From Lachnospirales bacterium (lineage in GTDB: Bacteria > Bacillota > Clostridia > Lachnospirales > CAMZNU01), in NCBI GenBank assembly GCA_047973385.1, contig JBKEBX010000024.1:5-64004 (forward strand): 64,000 nucleotides of DNA. Reading direction: 5' to 3'. Numbering within the stretch: position 1 is the first letter of the stretch; every line of letters starts with the position of its first letter. The position numbers were made by a program, and so were the translations under genes. The notes beneath the pieces are model-generated. The model was not told the origin of the DNA. It worked only from the letters and a program-made list of their open reading frames with translations, and did not search any database. This document shows, in pieces, positions 36,692 through 46,721 of the stretch.

Positions 36692-37576
36692 TTGGCTAGA
36701 AAAAAAGGATTAGGTAGAGGTGTAGGTGCTCTTATACCTGTTGATATTGTGGATGAATTTGATATAAATAGTAATGATAATGGCGAAAAAATTATTAATA
36801 TTGATATTAATTTAGTTGCACCTAACAAAAATCAGCCTCGTAAATTTTTCGATAAAGAACAACTTGAGGAACTTGCTAATTCTATAAAAGAAAAAGGTGT
36901 AATCCAGCCTATTTTAGTTGTTAAAAAAGGCGAAGGTTATATTATTGTTGCAGGTGAAAGACGTTATAGAGCTTCTAAAATCGCAGAACTTAAAAATATT
37001 CCTGCTATTGTTAAAGATTTTTCTGAAGTTGAAATTATGGAAATTGCTTTAATTGAAAACTTACAAAGACAGGATTTAAACGCTGTTGAGGAAGCATTAG
37101 GATATAAAAGATTAAATGATGAATTTTTACTTAGTTTTGATGATATTTCAAAAAGAGTAGGTAGAAGTAAAGGTTCGATTTCAAATTCTTTATCTTTACT
37201 TAAACTAGCTACTAAAGTTCAAGATTTAATTTACATTGGAAAATTAAATGCAAGTCAAGGCAGAATTTTACTTAAAGTAGAAGATGAAAAATTACAATGT
37301 GAGTTAGCAGAAGAAGCAATTGAACGAGATTTATCTGCTCATATGCTTGATGAATTTATTGATATATATTTTATTACTAAAGAAAAAGAATTAGAAAAAA
37401 ATTATAGGAAAAATTATAATGAGTATAGCTCAATAATAAATGAATTTGAAAATGATTTACAAAATTTTTTAGGCTTAAAAGTAAAAATTAATGATAAAAA
37501 TAAAAAAGGTAAGTTAGAAATAGCTTATACAAATCATGATGAATTAGAAAATTTAATAAAAATGCTTAAGAGATAA
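36692..37576 (+). CDS. spo0J: Chromosome partitioning protein ParB/Spo0J
   Basis: 294 aa. MARKKGLGRG...PN.NQPRK.F, GERRYRAS, an HTH and a C-terminal dimerisation region. TTG start 2 nt after the soj stop. Confidence 0.93.
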   Translation: MARKKGLGRGVGALIPVDIVDEFDINSNDNGEKIINIDINLVAPNKNQPRKFFDKEQLEELANSIKEKGVIQPILVVKKGEGYIIVAGERRYRASKIAELKNIPAIVKDFSEVEIMEIALIENLQRQDLNAVEEALGYKRLNDEFLLSFDDISKRVGRSKGSISNSLSLLKLATKVQDLIYIGKLNASQGRILLKVEDEKLQCELAEEAIERDLSAHMLDEFIDIYFITKEKELEKNYRKNYNEYSSIINEFENDLQNFLGLKVKINDKNKKGKLEIAYTNHDELENLIKMLKR

Positions 37577-37722
37577 TAAGGTAACTTTAAAATTCAATTT
37601 ATTCTTGTTTGAAAAATTAAGATAATAGAATTTTAAGAGATGTTAATAAAAGTATTTTTTAATAATATAGAGTTTAACTCTATATTATGTTCAATTATTG
37701 AACGATATTATAGGAGGAAAAA

Positions 37723-39123
37723 ATGAAAATAAGATTAGATTACAACAATATGTTAAGTAAATTTGTAGGTAAATATGGTTTAAAAGAAGATGCAATTACT
37801 AATATAGAAAAAGTTGCAAAGTCTTGCCATAAGTCTATGATTGAAAAAAGAGAAAATGGAAAAATGGATTGGAGAGATTTACCTCATAATCAAAATGATA
37901 TAGTTGAAGATATTATCTCTTATGTAAATGAAATTAAAGATGATTTTGAAGCTTTTGTAGTTTTAGGTATAGGTGGATCAGCACTAGGACCTATGAGTGT
38001 TCAACAAGCTATAAATCACCCTTTTTATAATGAATTATCTAGAGAAAAAAGAAAGGGTTTTCCAAAGCTTTATATACTAGATAATGTTGACCCAGAGAAA
38101 ATTGAAGGTTTACTTGATATTGTTGATATAGAAAAATGTTTATTTAATGTTATATCAAAATCTGGTTCGACTTCAGAAACTATGAGCCAATTTATGATAA
38201 TTAGAGAAATGTTATCAAAAAAATTAGGAGAAGGTAATTTCTCTAAAAATATAGTTTGTACTACTGATAAAGTTAATGGTAATCTTATAAAAATAGCAAA
38301 AGAAGAGGGTTATAAAACTTTTTATGTTCCAAGTGGTGTAGGTGGAAGATTTTCAGAACTTTCTCCAGTTGGTTTACTTCCTGCTTGTGCTTGTGGTATA
38401 GATATTAAAGAAATTTTAAAAGGTGCAGCTGAAATGGATGAAATTTGTAATAATGAAAATTATAAAGAAAATCCTGCATATATGTTTGCAATTCTTAGTT
38501 TTTTAGCAATGAAAAATGGCGTTAATATTTCAGTAGTAATGCCTTATGCAGATAGTTTAAAATATATTTCTGATTGGTTTGCACAACTTTGGGCTGAAAG
38601 TTTAGGAAAAAAATATGATAATGAAGGTAATGAAGTTTTTGTAGGACAAACTCCTGTAAAAGCTCTTGGTGCAACTGATCAACATTCACAAGTTCAGTTA
38701 TATGCTGAAGGTCCATTTGATAAAATGATTGTTTTACTTGGTGTTGATGAATATAAAAATACACTTGAAATACCTAAAACTTATGGTGATATACCTTCAC
38801 TTGGTTTTTTAGGTGGCACAACTCAAAATAAACTTATAAAAGTTGAACAGGAGGCAACAGAATACGCTTTAATGAAAGCTGGTAAAATGAATATGACAAT
38901 TACTTTACCTAAGGTTAACGAAAATACTATTGGACAAATTTTATATATGTTTGAAGTTGCAACAGGTTTTTGTGGTGAACTTATGAATATTGATGCATTT
39001 AATCAACCTGGTGTAGAAGAAGGGAAAAATGCAACTTATGCAATGTTTGGTAGACCTGGATATGAAGAAAAGAAAGAAGAACTTTTAAGTAAGCCAGAAA
39101 AAGAAGATAAATTTATTATATAA
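37723..39123 (+). CDS. pgi: Glucose-6-phosphate isomerase
   Basis: 466 aa. GIGGSALGP, SKSGSTSET and the Firmicute-type short PGI length. Confidence 0.95.
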   Translation: MKIRLDYNNMLSKFVGKYGLKEDAITNIEKVAKSCHKSMIEKRENGKMDWRDLPHNQNDIVEDIISYVNEIKDDFEAFVVLGIGGSALGPMSVQQAINHPFYNELSREKRKGFPKLYILDNVDPEKIEGLLDIVDIEKCLFNVISKSGSTSETMSQFMIIREMLSKKLGEGNFSKNIVCTTDKVNGNLIKIAKEEGYKTFYVPSGVGGRFSELSPVGLLPACACGIDIKEILKGAAEMDEICNNENYKENPAYMFAILSFLAMKNGVNISVVMPYADSLKYISDWFAQLWAESLGKKYDNEGNEVFVGQTPVKALGATDQHSQVQLYAEGPFDKMIVLLGVDEYKNTLEIPKTYGDIPSLGFLGGTTQNKLIKVEQEATEYALMKAGKMNMTITLPKVNENTIGQILYMFEVATGFCGELMNIDAFNQPGVEEGKNATYAMFGRPGYEEKKEELLSKPEKEDKFII

Positions 39124-39223
39124 TTAAGTTAACTAGGTAGTAATTCATTTTAAATTCAAATAATCTAAGGAATAAAATTTGAATTTGTGTTTTACTACCT
39201 TTGATTTTAATATAGGAGAAAAT

Positions 39224-40027
39224 ATGTACAAATTAATAGCTTTAGATATTGATGGAACATTGTTAAATAGTAAAAGAGAAATATCAAAAAAAACTAAAGA
39301 ATATATGAAAAAAGCATATGAAAAAGGTGTCAAGTTTGTTTTAATTTCAGGTAGATCAACAGCTACAATGATAGAAATTGCCAAAGAAACTGGAATTGAT
39401 AAAATGGGTGGTTACATAATTGGATGTAATGGTGGTGTTTGTTTAAATCTTGTAAATAATGAAATTATATACGAAAAAAGTATACCTAATAAATATCTAA
39501 AAGATATATATGAATTTGCAGAAAAAAAAGATGTACCAATGCTAGTTTATAAAGATGAAGAATTTTATTTAACAAGAAATAAAGAAAATTATATATTACT
39601 AACAGAAAGATTTCCTTATAAAAAAAATATAATTGAAACTAAAGATTTTTTAGATGAAGTTAAATTTGATTTTAACAAAGCTTTGTTAGTTGACAGTCCT
39701 GAAAAAATATTAGAATGTGAAAAAGAGGCATTAAAAGAATTTCCTAATTACGAACTAACTAGATCAGAACCTATTTTTTTAGAATTTAGCCCAAATGGTG
39801 TACATAAAGCAATTGGTATTTCTAAGATTATGGAAATTATGAATATAAAAATTGATGAAGTAATAGCAGTAGGTGATTCTTACAATGACTTAACTATGAT
39901 AGAGTTTGCAGGGCTTGGTGTTGCAATGGGAAATGCACATAAAGAAGTAAAAGAAATAGCTGATTATGTTACTTTATCTAATGATGAAGAAGGTATAAGT
40001 CATATAATAGAAAAATTTATTTTATAA
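39224..40027 (+). CDS. Cof-type HAD-IIB family hydrolase (sugar phosphatase)
   Basis: MYKLIALDIDGTLL (DxDGT motif), SGRS and GDSYNDL. ATG at 39224 follows AGGAGA; the ORF-track start at 39179 is probably spurious. Confidence 0.85.
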   Translation: MYKLIALDIDGTLLNSKREISKKTKEYMKKAYEKGVKFVLISGRSTATMIEIAKETGIDKMGGYIIGCNGGVCLNLVNNEIIYEKSIPNKYLKDIYEFAEKKDVPMLVYKDEEFYLTRNKENYILLTERFPYKKNIIETKDFLDEVKFDFNKALLVDSPEKILECEKEALKEFPNYELTRSEPIFLEFSPNGVHKAIGISKIMEIMNIKIDEVIAVGDSYNDLTMIEFAGLGVAMGNAHKEVKEIADYVTLSNDEEGISHIIEKFIL

Positions 40028-40040
40028 AATAGGAGGTTAT

Positions 40041-41630
40041 ATGAGTTTAGAAAGAAAAAGTGGAATACTAGCACATCCAACATCTTTTCCATCAAATTGG
40101 GGAATAGGTGATTTAGGTTATGGCACATATAATTTTATAGATTTTTTATCAAAGAGTAATCAAAAACTTTGGCAAATTTTACCCCTTGGTCCTACAAGTT
40201 TTGGTGATTCTCCTTATCAATGTTTTTCAACATTTGCAGGTAATCATTATTTAATTTCTTTAGATGAATTAATAAATGAAGGTATTTTAACATTAGAAGA
40301 ACTTTCTTTTTATCCAAAATTAAATGATAAAAAAGTTGAATATGGTGATACAATAGAAAATAAAAACAAAGCACTTGAAATTGCTTATAATAATTTTAAA
40401 AATAAAGGTCTATTTGAAAGTGATGAAAATTATAAAAAATTTGTTAAAAATTCAAAATGGTGGCTAGATGATTATTGTTTATTTATGGCTATAAAATACT
40501 ATTTAATTTCTGAAAGAGATGGAGAGTTTGAACCAGAAGAATGGCATAAATATAAAGAAGACAAAAAAGATTATTTAAGTAATGATGAGATAAACGCATT
40601 TTTCTATGGTGCAGTTTGGAATTCATGGCCAAGTGATATTGCTAATAGAGAAGAAAAAGCAGTAAAAAAATGGGCTGAAAAATTAGAAAATGAAATAAAT
40701 TTACATAAGTTTTTACAATATAAATTTTTTACTCAATGGTCAAATGTAAAAAAATATGCAAATGCTAGAAATATAGAAATAATAGGCGATATACCTATAT
40801 TTGTTGCTCTGGATAGTTCTGATGTATGGGCTAATAAGGAGTTATTCCATATAGATAAAGAGGGCAATCCAACATCAGTTGCAGGAGTTCCACCTGATTA
40901 TTTTAGTACAACAGGTCAGTTATGGGGTAATCCATTATATAAATGGGATACTCATAGTAAACTTGGCTATAAATGGTGGATAAAACGCATAAGTAGTATG
41001 TTAAATTTAGTTGATACAATTAGAATTGACCATTTTAGAGGTTTTGATGAATATTGGTCAGTACCTTATGGTTCAGAAACAGCTATAAATGGCAAATGGA
41101 TACAGGGACCTAGAAAAGAGCTATTTTATGCATTAGAAAAAGAATTAGGGAATTTACCTATAATAGCGGAAGATTTAGGTATATTGACTAAAACTGTTGA
41201 GGAATTAAGAGATGAATTGGGTTTACCTGGTATGAAAATTTTACAGTTTGCTTTTGATTTGTCTGATGGTAACTTTTATATACCTCATAACTATAAAAAT
41301 AGTAATTGTATTGTATATAGTGGGACACATGATAATGATACAACTGTTGGATGGTATAATGGAACAACAGAAGAACAGAGAGATGCTTGTAGAAGATATA
41401 TGAATGTATCAGGTGAAGATATAGCTTGGGATTTTATAAGACTTGCTTGGTCAACAACAGCAAGTTATTCTATTGCACCAATTCAAGATTTGTTTTCATT
41501 AGGTAGTGAACATAGAATGAATACTCCTGGTGTAAGTGTAGGTAATTGGCAGTTTAGATATACTTATGATATGTTAAATGATGAAATAGCTAATAGGCTT
41601 ACTTATTTAACTAAACTGTTTGAAAGATAA
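40041..41630 (+). CDS. malQ: 4-alpha-glucanotransferase (amylomaltase, GH77)
   Basis: 529 aa. SGILAHPTS, GIGDLG, PLGPT...SPYQ, RIDHFRGF, AEDLG and GTHDN motifs. Confidence 0.95.
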   Translation: MSLERKSGILAHPTSFPSNWGIGDLGYGTYNFIDFLSKSNQKLWQILPLGPTSFGDSPYQCFSTFAGNHYLISLDELINEGILTLEELSFYPKLNDKKVEYGDTIENKNKALEIAYNNFKNKGLFESDENYKKFVKNSKWWLDDYCLFMAIKYYLISERDGEFEPEEWHKYKEDKKDYLSNDEINAFFYGAVWNSWPSDIANREEKAVKKWAEKLENEINLHKFLQYKFFTQWSNVKKYANARNIEIIGDIPIFVALDSSDVWANKELFHIDKEGNPTSVAGVPPDYFSTTGQLWGNPLYKWDTHSKLGYKWWIKRISSMLNLVDTIRIDHFRGFDEYWSVPYGSETAINGKWIQGPRKELFYALEKELGNLPIIAEDLGILTKTVEELRDELGLPGMKILQFAFDLSDGNFYIPHNYKNSNCIVYSGTHDNDTTVGWYNGTTEEQRDACRRYMNVSGEDIAWDFIRLAWSTTASYSIAPIQDLFSLGSEHRMNTPGVSVGNWQFRYTYDMLNDEIANRLTYLTKLFER

Positions 41631-41641
41631 AAAGAATCTAA

Positions 41642-41700
41642 AAAACTCTCTAAAAACTCTATTTGTTTTAAACTACAGAGTTTTAGAGAGTTTTTATTTT
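41642..41700. terminator. Bidirectional terminator between convergent genes
   Basis: AAAACTCTCTAAAAACTCT ... AGAGTTTTAGAGAGTTTT (one bulged A), followed by TATTTT. Confidence 0.8.
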
Positions 41701-41747
41701 ATAATAAAGTATGTAATATTCTTACATTTTTTTAAAGTGTTATTGTA

Positions 41748-42053
41748 TTAAAGTAAAACATACATACCTTCTGAAATTTTTTTAGCATTTAGTTCATCTA
41801 AAGTTTCACTATGTATTACTGTGGTTGACTCAATATTAAGTAAATTATTCTTTTTCTCAATTAATTCAAATCTATCAAAAGTTTTATTGTTTCTTGTAAC
41901 TTTTTCAAAAAACATATTATATTCTCTAATCCAAAACTTTGAAGTATTATCTAAAGGCATATAAATAACATATTTTATGTTATTATCAATACATTCACCT
42001 AAAACTTCGTAAACATTACCTTTAAAATGTTTATATATTCCTGTTTGCACCAT
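41748..42053 (-). CDS. DUF1653-domain protein
   Basis: 101 aa. The N-terminal GIYKHFKGNVYEV....D......V.Y is the DUF1653 signature. Confidence 0.75.
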   Translation of the reverse strand: MVQTGIYKHFKGNVYEVLGECIDNNIKYVIYMPLDNTSKFWIREYNMFFEKVTRNNKTFDRFELIEKKNNLLNIESTTVIHSETLDELNAKKISEGMYVLL

Positions 42054-42114
42054 TTTGTAACTCCTTACATTTAAAAATAAAGAGCCGTAAATTTTTCACA
42101 GCTCTTTAAATATA

Positions 42115-43845
42115 TTATTTTGTAGCATCATCAAAAATTTTAGTTATACTTTCTTTGAAATTATCGAGTTTTTTTGTAGATAATTCTAATGTTTTATCTA
42201 CAACACCATAATATAATTTAATTTTAGGTTCAGTACCACTTGGTCTTACACAACACCATGAATTATCTTCAAGTTCAAAGTATAAAACATTAGATTTAAC
42301 AAAATCTAAATCAGATGTATTATTATCTAAGTAATTGTAGCGTTTTTTCTCAAAATAGTCTCGCATAGCAATAACTTTTTGATTGTTTATAACTTTTGGT
42401 GGATTATTGCGTAGGTTATTCATAGCTTTTTTCATCACTTCAAGACCGTCAATACCTTTTAAATTAACTGATACTAAATCTTCCAAATAATAACCATATT
42501 TATTATAAATTTCATTTAAGCCGTCATAAATTGATATATTTTGATTTTTATAATATGCAGCAAGTTCTGAAAAAATAACACTTGCAACAACAGCGTCCTT
42601 ATCACGAGCATATGTGCCAACAAGATATCCAAAACTTTCCTCAAAACCAAATACATAATCATTTGAACCAGTGTTTTCAAAGTCTAAAATCTTTTCACCT
42701 ATATACTTAAATCCGGTTAAAGTTTCAAAATAATCTAAATTATAATCGTTTGCTATAACACGTGCTAAATTAGTAGAAACAATAGTAGAAACAATTGCAC
42801 CTTTAGGTGATAAAGTACCAAAACGTAGTTTTTGTGAACAAATATATTCGGCTAAAAGAATACCAATTGTGTTACCTTTTAGAGTAATATAATTTCCATC
42901 ATTGTCTTTAATAACTGCACCCATACGGTCTGAATCAGGGTCAGTACCAAGTATAACATCAGCATTAACTTCTTTAGCAAGTTCGATTGCAAGTTTAAAA
43001 ACTTTAGGGTCTTCAGGATTAGGATAACCAACAGTTGTAAAATTACCGTCAGGTTCTGCTTGTTCTTCAACTATATGAACATTAGTAAAACCAGCTTGTT
43101 TAAGGGCATTTTTAACGGGAATATAACCACTACCATGAATTGGCGTATAAACTATTGAAATATCGTTATTTTCTTTAATAAGAGTAGGGTTTACAACTTG
43201 TGAAACAACCTCATTTATGTAACTAACATCAAGTGATTTATCAATAATATTAATTAAACCATTCTCTATACCTTTGCCATAATCTAAAGTATCAACATCA
43301 AAATAGTTTTCTATTGCGTTAACTTCATTAATAATTTCTTCATCTCGAGGGAAAGGAACTTGAGCACCGTCACACCAATAAACTTTATAACCGTTATACT
43401 CAGGTGGATTATGAGAAGCAGTTATAACTATTCCTGCAACGCAATTTAAAGCTCTAACAGCATATGAAAGTTGTGGGGTAGGGCGAAGAGATTCATACAA
43501 ATGAACTTTAATACCATTCCCAGCAAAAACTTCACTTGCATACTTAGCAAATTCAGGTGAAAAGTTACGGCTATCATAAGCAATAGCTATTCCATCTTTA
43601 CCTTCAATTTGATTTTTCTTTATATAATTAGCAAGACCTTGAGATGCTTTATTTACGGTATATTTATTAAGTCTATTATCGCCAGCACCAATAATTCCAC
43701 GTAGACCACCAGTACCAAATTCAAGATTTTTATAAAATCTATCCTCAAGTTCTTTTTCATCAGTAATAGCTAATAATTCCTCTTTAGTATCAGCATCAAA
43801 AAAGTCAGATTCTAACCAAATTTTACATTTTTCTTTATAATTCAA
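42115..43845 (-). CDS. pgcA: Phosphoglucomutase / phosphomannomutase family (PgcA-like)
   Basis: 576 aa. FGTGGLRG, catalytic TASHNPPEYNGYK, the metal loop GTDPDSDR and the GFEESFG (GEES-type) motif. Confidence 0.93.
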   Translation of the reverse strand: MNYKEKCKIWLESDFFDADTKEELLAITDEKELEDRFYKNLEFGTGGLRGIIGAGDNRLNKYTVNKASQGLANYIKKNQIEGKDGIAIAYDSRNFSPEFAKYASEVFAGNGIKVHLYESLRPTPQLSYAVRALNCVAGIVITASHNPPEYNGYKVYWCDGAQVPFPRDEEIINEVNAIENYFDVDTLDYGKGIENGLINIIDKSLDVSYINEVVSQVVNPTLIKENNDISIVYTPIHGSGYIPVKNALKQAGFTNVHIVEEQAEPDGNFTTVGYPNPEDPKVFKLAIELAKEVNADVILGTDPDSDRMGAVIKDNDGNYITLKGNTIGILLAEYICSQKLRFGTLSPKGAIVSTIVSTNLARVIANDYNLDYFETLTGFKYIGEKILDFENTGSNDYVFGFEESFGYLVGTYARDKDAVVASVIFSELAAYYKNQNISIYDGLNEIYNKYGYYLEDLVSVNLKGIDGLEVMKKAMNNLRNNPPKVINNQKVIAMRDYFEKKRYNYLDNNTSDLDFVKSNVLYFELEDNSWCCVRPSGTEPKIKLYYGVVDKTLELSTKKLDNFKESITKIFDDATK

Positions 43846-44040
43846 AGTAACACCTCTTTCTACTATAATATATTAATTATACCTAATTATTTAGATATAA
43901 TCAATAGTAAAAATTACTATAAAAATATTAAAGAAAAAAGCAAAGATAGTTGTTATAAGTAAAATAGTAATAGTTGTTTGTAAATGTAACTATACTGTGA
44001 TATACTTATATAGCATAGAAAATTTAGAAAAGAGAATAAA

Positions 44041-44973
44041 ATGTCGAATAGAAAAAAAGCAATATTTTTACTTATTTTAACTTCATTATGTTTTGCATTA
44101 ATGTCAACATTTATGAAACTTGCAACTGATATACCATCGCTTGAGAAAGCTTTTTTTAGGAATGTAATAAGTTTTATTATTGCATCTTTCTTATTTATAA
44201 AATATGTAAAAGGTGAAGTTGAAAGTCGAGCTAAAGAAGAAAATAAAAGTAAAAGGGAATTGATAAAAGAGATAGCATCACCAAAGTCGCCAAAACTTTT
44301 GTTTGCTAGAGCTGTTGCAGGGACATTAGGTGTAACGCTTAACTATCAAGCTATTGATTATTTGCCCTTAGCTGATTCATCAGTTTTACAAAAATTATCT
44401 CCTTTTTATACTATAATATTTTCTTATTTTTTGCTAAAAGAAAATATTACTAGAAAACAAATTGTATGTATAGCCTTTGCTTTTATAGGCTGTGTTATTG
44501 CAGTAGGTCCACAGTTTAGTTCATCATCAGGACCATATATGATGGGTATTTTAGGGGCAGGAGCAGCAGGTCTTGCATATACTTTTATAAGAATGTTAGG
44601 ACTTCGTGGAGAGAATGGAAAATTAATTATTTTAACTTTTTCATTTTTATCATTAGTGTTTATATTTCCGATGATGATTGGTAATTATGTGCCATTAGTT
44701 GGAGTAAATCTATTATATGTTGTACTTGGGTCACTTTGTGCAACAGGGGCTCAGTTATCACTTACAAAAGCCTATTCTTTAGCACCATCAAAAGAGATAT
44801 CAATATATGAATATACACAACCATTGTTTGCTGCAGTTTTAGGTCTGGTTTTCTTTGGGACATTACCTACAATGATTAATATAATAGGATTTATTATAAT
44901 AATAGGTTCGGCTATCATGTTATATGTTGACATACCATTTTTGAAAAAAGATAAAGAAAACAAGGTAATATAA
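44041..44973 (+). CDS. EamA/DMT-superfamily transporter
   Basis: 310 aa, about 10 TM segments, with two EamA-like halves. Confidence 0.85.
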   Translation: MSNRKKAIFLLILTSLCFALMSTFMKLATDIPSLEKAFFRNVISFIIASFLFIKYVKGEVESRAKEENKSKRELIKEIASPKSPKLLFARAVAGTLGVTLNYQAIDYLPLADSSVLQKLSPFYTIIFSYFLLKENITRKQIVCIAFAFIGCVIAVGPQFSSSSGPYMMGILGAGAAGLAYTFIRMLGLRGENGKLIILTFSFLSLVFIFPMMIGNYVPLVGVNLLYVVLGSLCATGAQLSLTKAYSLAPSKEISIYEYTQPLFAAVLGLVFFGTLPTMINIIGFIIIIGSAIMLYVDIPFLKKDKENKVI

Positions 44974-45020
44974 AGGCAATACTATGAAAATTTAATAATA
45001 AAAGTATTATAAGTCAACTA

Positions 45021-45093
45021 TTTAGATATTCATCTAAATAATTATTGACTTATAATTTTTTTTGTAGTATAATTTAATTAGATAAGTATCTAA
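45021..45093 (+). promoter_or_regulatory. Promoter with two TTAGAT...ATCTAA operator-like palindromes upstream of the ArsR/SdpR-like gene
   Basis: TTTAGAT-ATTC-ATCTAAA (45021-45038). TTGACT (45045-45050), 17 nt, TATAAT (45068-45073). TTAGATA-AGT-ATCTAA (45078-45093). Confidence 0.5.
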
Positions 45094-45119
45094 ATAGTAT
45101 ATTAAGGAGGTTGTGTGAT

Positions 45120-45410
45120 ATGTCAATTCAAAAAACATTTAAAGTTTTAGCTGACCCTGTAAGACGTGAAATTTTAATATTGTTAAAGCATGGTAAACTG
45201 ACAGCAGGAGAAATTTCAAATAACTTTGAAATGACAAATGCAACTATATCATACCATTTACAAAAATTAAAAGAAGCTGATTTACTTATAGAAAGTAAAT
45301 ATAAGAATTATATATACTATGAGTTAAATACATCTGTATTTGAAGATGTTATGTTATGGGTATCCCAGTTTTATGAAGTAAAAGATGGAGGAGATAGTGA
45401 TGAAAAATAA
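45120..45410 (+). CDS. ArsR-family autorepressor, SdpR-like
   Basis: LADPVRREILILL..GKLTAGEI......NATISYHLQKLKEADLL. ATG at 45120 lies downstream of AAGGAGG. Confidence 0.8.
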   Translation: MSIQKTFKVLADPVRREILILLKHGKLTAGEISNNFEMTNATISYHLQKLKEADLLIESKYKNYIYYELNTSVFEDVMLWVSQFYEVKDGGDSDEK

Positions 45411-46053
45411 AGAAGATAGAAAGTTTTTATTAAGTTCGCTGTTGGGTCTAATCCCCTTATTTATTGGATTGGTTTTTTACAATAGTCTACCTGATACACT
45501 GCCTACACACTTTAATTTTGCAGGTGAACCTGATGATTATTCAAGTAAAATTTTTGCTGTAATAGGCTTACCAATATTTATGATGGCAATGGATTTATTT
45601 GTAAAATTTATTTTAATTAAAGACCCTAAAGAAAAGGGACATTCAAAGAAGCTTAAAATATTTTTTAGTTTTTTTATACCAATACTTACTTTGGTAATAG
45701 TATGTATCACTATTGCAATTGGTTTAGGTAAAAATATAAATCCTACAAAACTAATAACTATATTAATTTCAATAACATTTATTGTAATTGGTAACTATAT
45801 ACCTAAATGTAAACAAAACTACACAATGGGCGTAAAAACACCTTGGACTTTAGCAGATGAAGAAATATGGACAAAGACACATAGATTAGCAGGTCCTATA
45901 TTTGTAATAGGTGGTATAATTTTACTTTTAAGTAGTATGTTCACACCTTTAGACACATTACAAAGTGCTATATTTTTTGGTGTGTTTATAGCAATAATTT
46001 GTGTTCCTTCTATATATTCTTATTTATTGTTTAAAAAGAAAAATGAAAGTTAG
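45400..46053 (+). CDS. SdpI-family membrane immunity/signal-transduction protein (DUF1648 + SdpI)
   Basis: LPDTLPTHFNFAGEPDDYSSK (DUF1648) and NYTMGVKTPWTL.DEEIW.KTHR (SdpI/YhfL). The start overlaps the sdpR-like stop (GGAGGAG RBS). Confidence 0.8.
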   Translation: MKNKEDRKFLLSSLLGLIPLFIGLVFYNSLPDTLPTHFNFAGEPDDYSSKIFAVIGLPIFMMAMDLFVKFILIKDPKEKGHSKKLKIFFSFFIPILTLVIVCITIAIGLGKNINPTKLITILISITFIVIGNYIPKCKQNYTMGVKTPWTLADEEIWTKTHRLAGPIFVIGGIILLLSSMFTPLDTLQSAIFFGVFIAIICVPSIYSYLLFKKKNES

Positions 46054-46054
46054 C

Positions 46055-46621
46055 TTACAATTTAACAGAATTGATGTTTATTATAGCAGGAGGGCTTTTT
46101 ATATGCTCTCCTATAATTTTCTCCATGTAAATCATGTTATACCAACTATCAAACTTATAACCACAGTTGTTAAATTCTCCGATAACTTTATAACCTCTAT
46201 ATTTATGAAAATCCATACTGTTATTTGTTAAAAAAGGATTGTTTTCTTTTGAATAGGCAATGCAGGCATATATGTTACAAATACCCATTGCTTTTAAAAT
46301 ATTCTCAAGAGTATCCATAAGTTTTCCACCAATACCGATATTTTTTTTATTTACATCAATATATATGGTGCTTTCAACAGACCAATCATAAGCTTTACGA
46401 TTTACAAACTCCTTTGCATATGCATAGCCCACAATATGATTATCATGAATTGCTACAATATAGGGATATTTTTTTTGTATATTTTCCATACGATTTTCAA
46501 ATTCTAAAATTGTAGGTGGTTCTATTTCAAATGTAATAGCAGTATTTAGAACATAGTGTGTGTATATTTTGAGTAATAGAGGTATATCATTTTTCGTAGC
46601 AAATCTAATTTTTATATCCAT
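46055..46621 (-). CDS. GNAT-family N-acetyltransferase (phosphinothricin acetyltransferase-like)
   Basis: 188 aa. IRFATKNDIP.LL.IY...V.NTAITFE..PP. This is the PAT/YwnH-like architecture. Confidence 0.85.
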   Translation of the reverse strand: MDIKIRFATKNDIPLLLKIYTHYVLNTAITFEIEPPTILEFENRMENIQKKYPYIVAIHDNHIVGYAYAKEFVNRKAYDWSVESTIYIDVNKKNIGIGGKLMDTLENILKAMGICNIYACIAYSKENNPFLTNNSMDFHKYRGYKVIGEFNNCGYKFDSWYNMIYMEKIIGEHIKSPPAIININSVKL

Positions 46622-46721
46622 AACAAACCTTTCTTTTGTAACAATGACATATTGCCAAAATAAAGGGACTGAATAAAACCAAGCTTAGAGGTTTTTACAG
46701 TCCCTTAAAATTTATAAAAAT

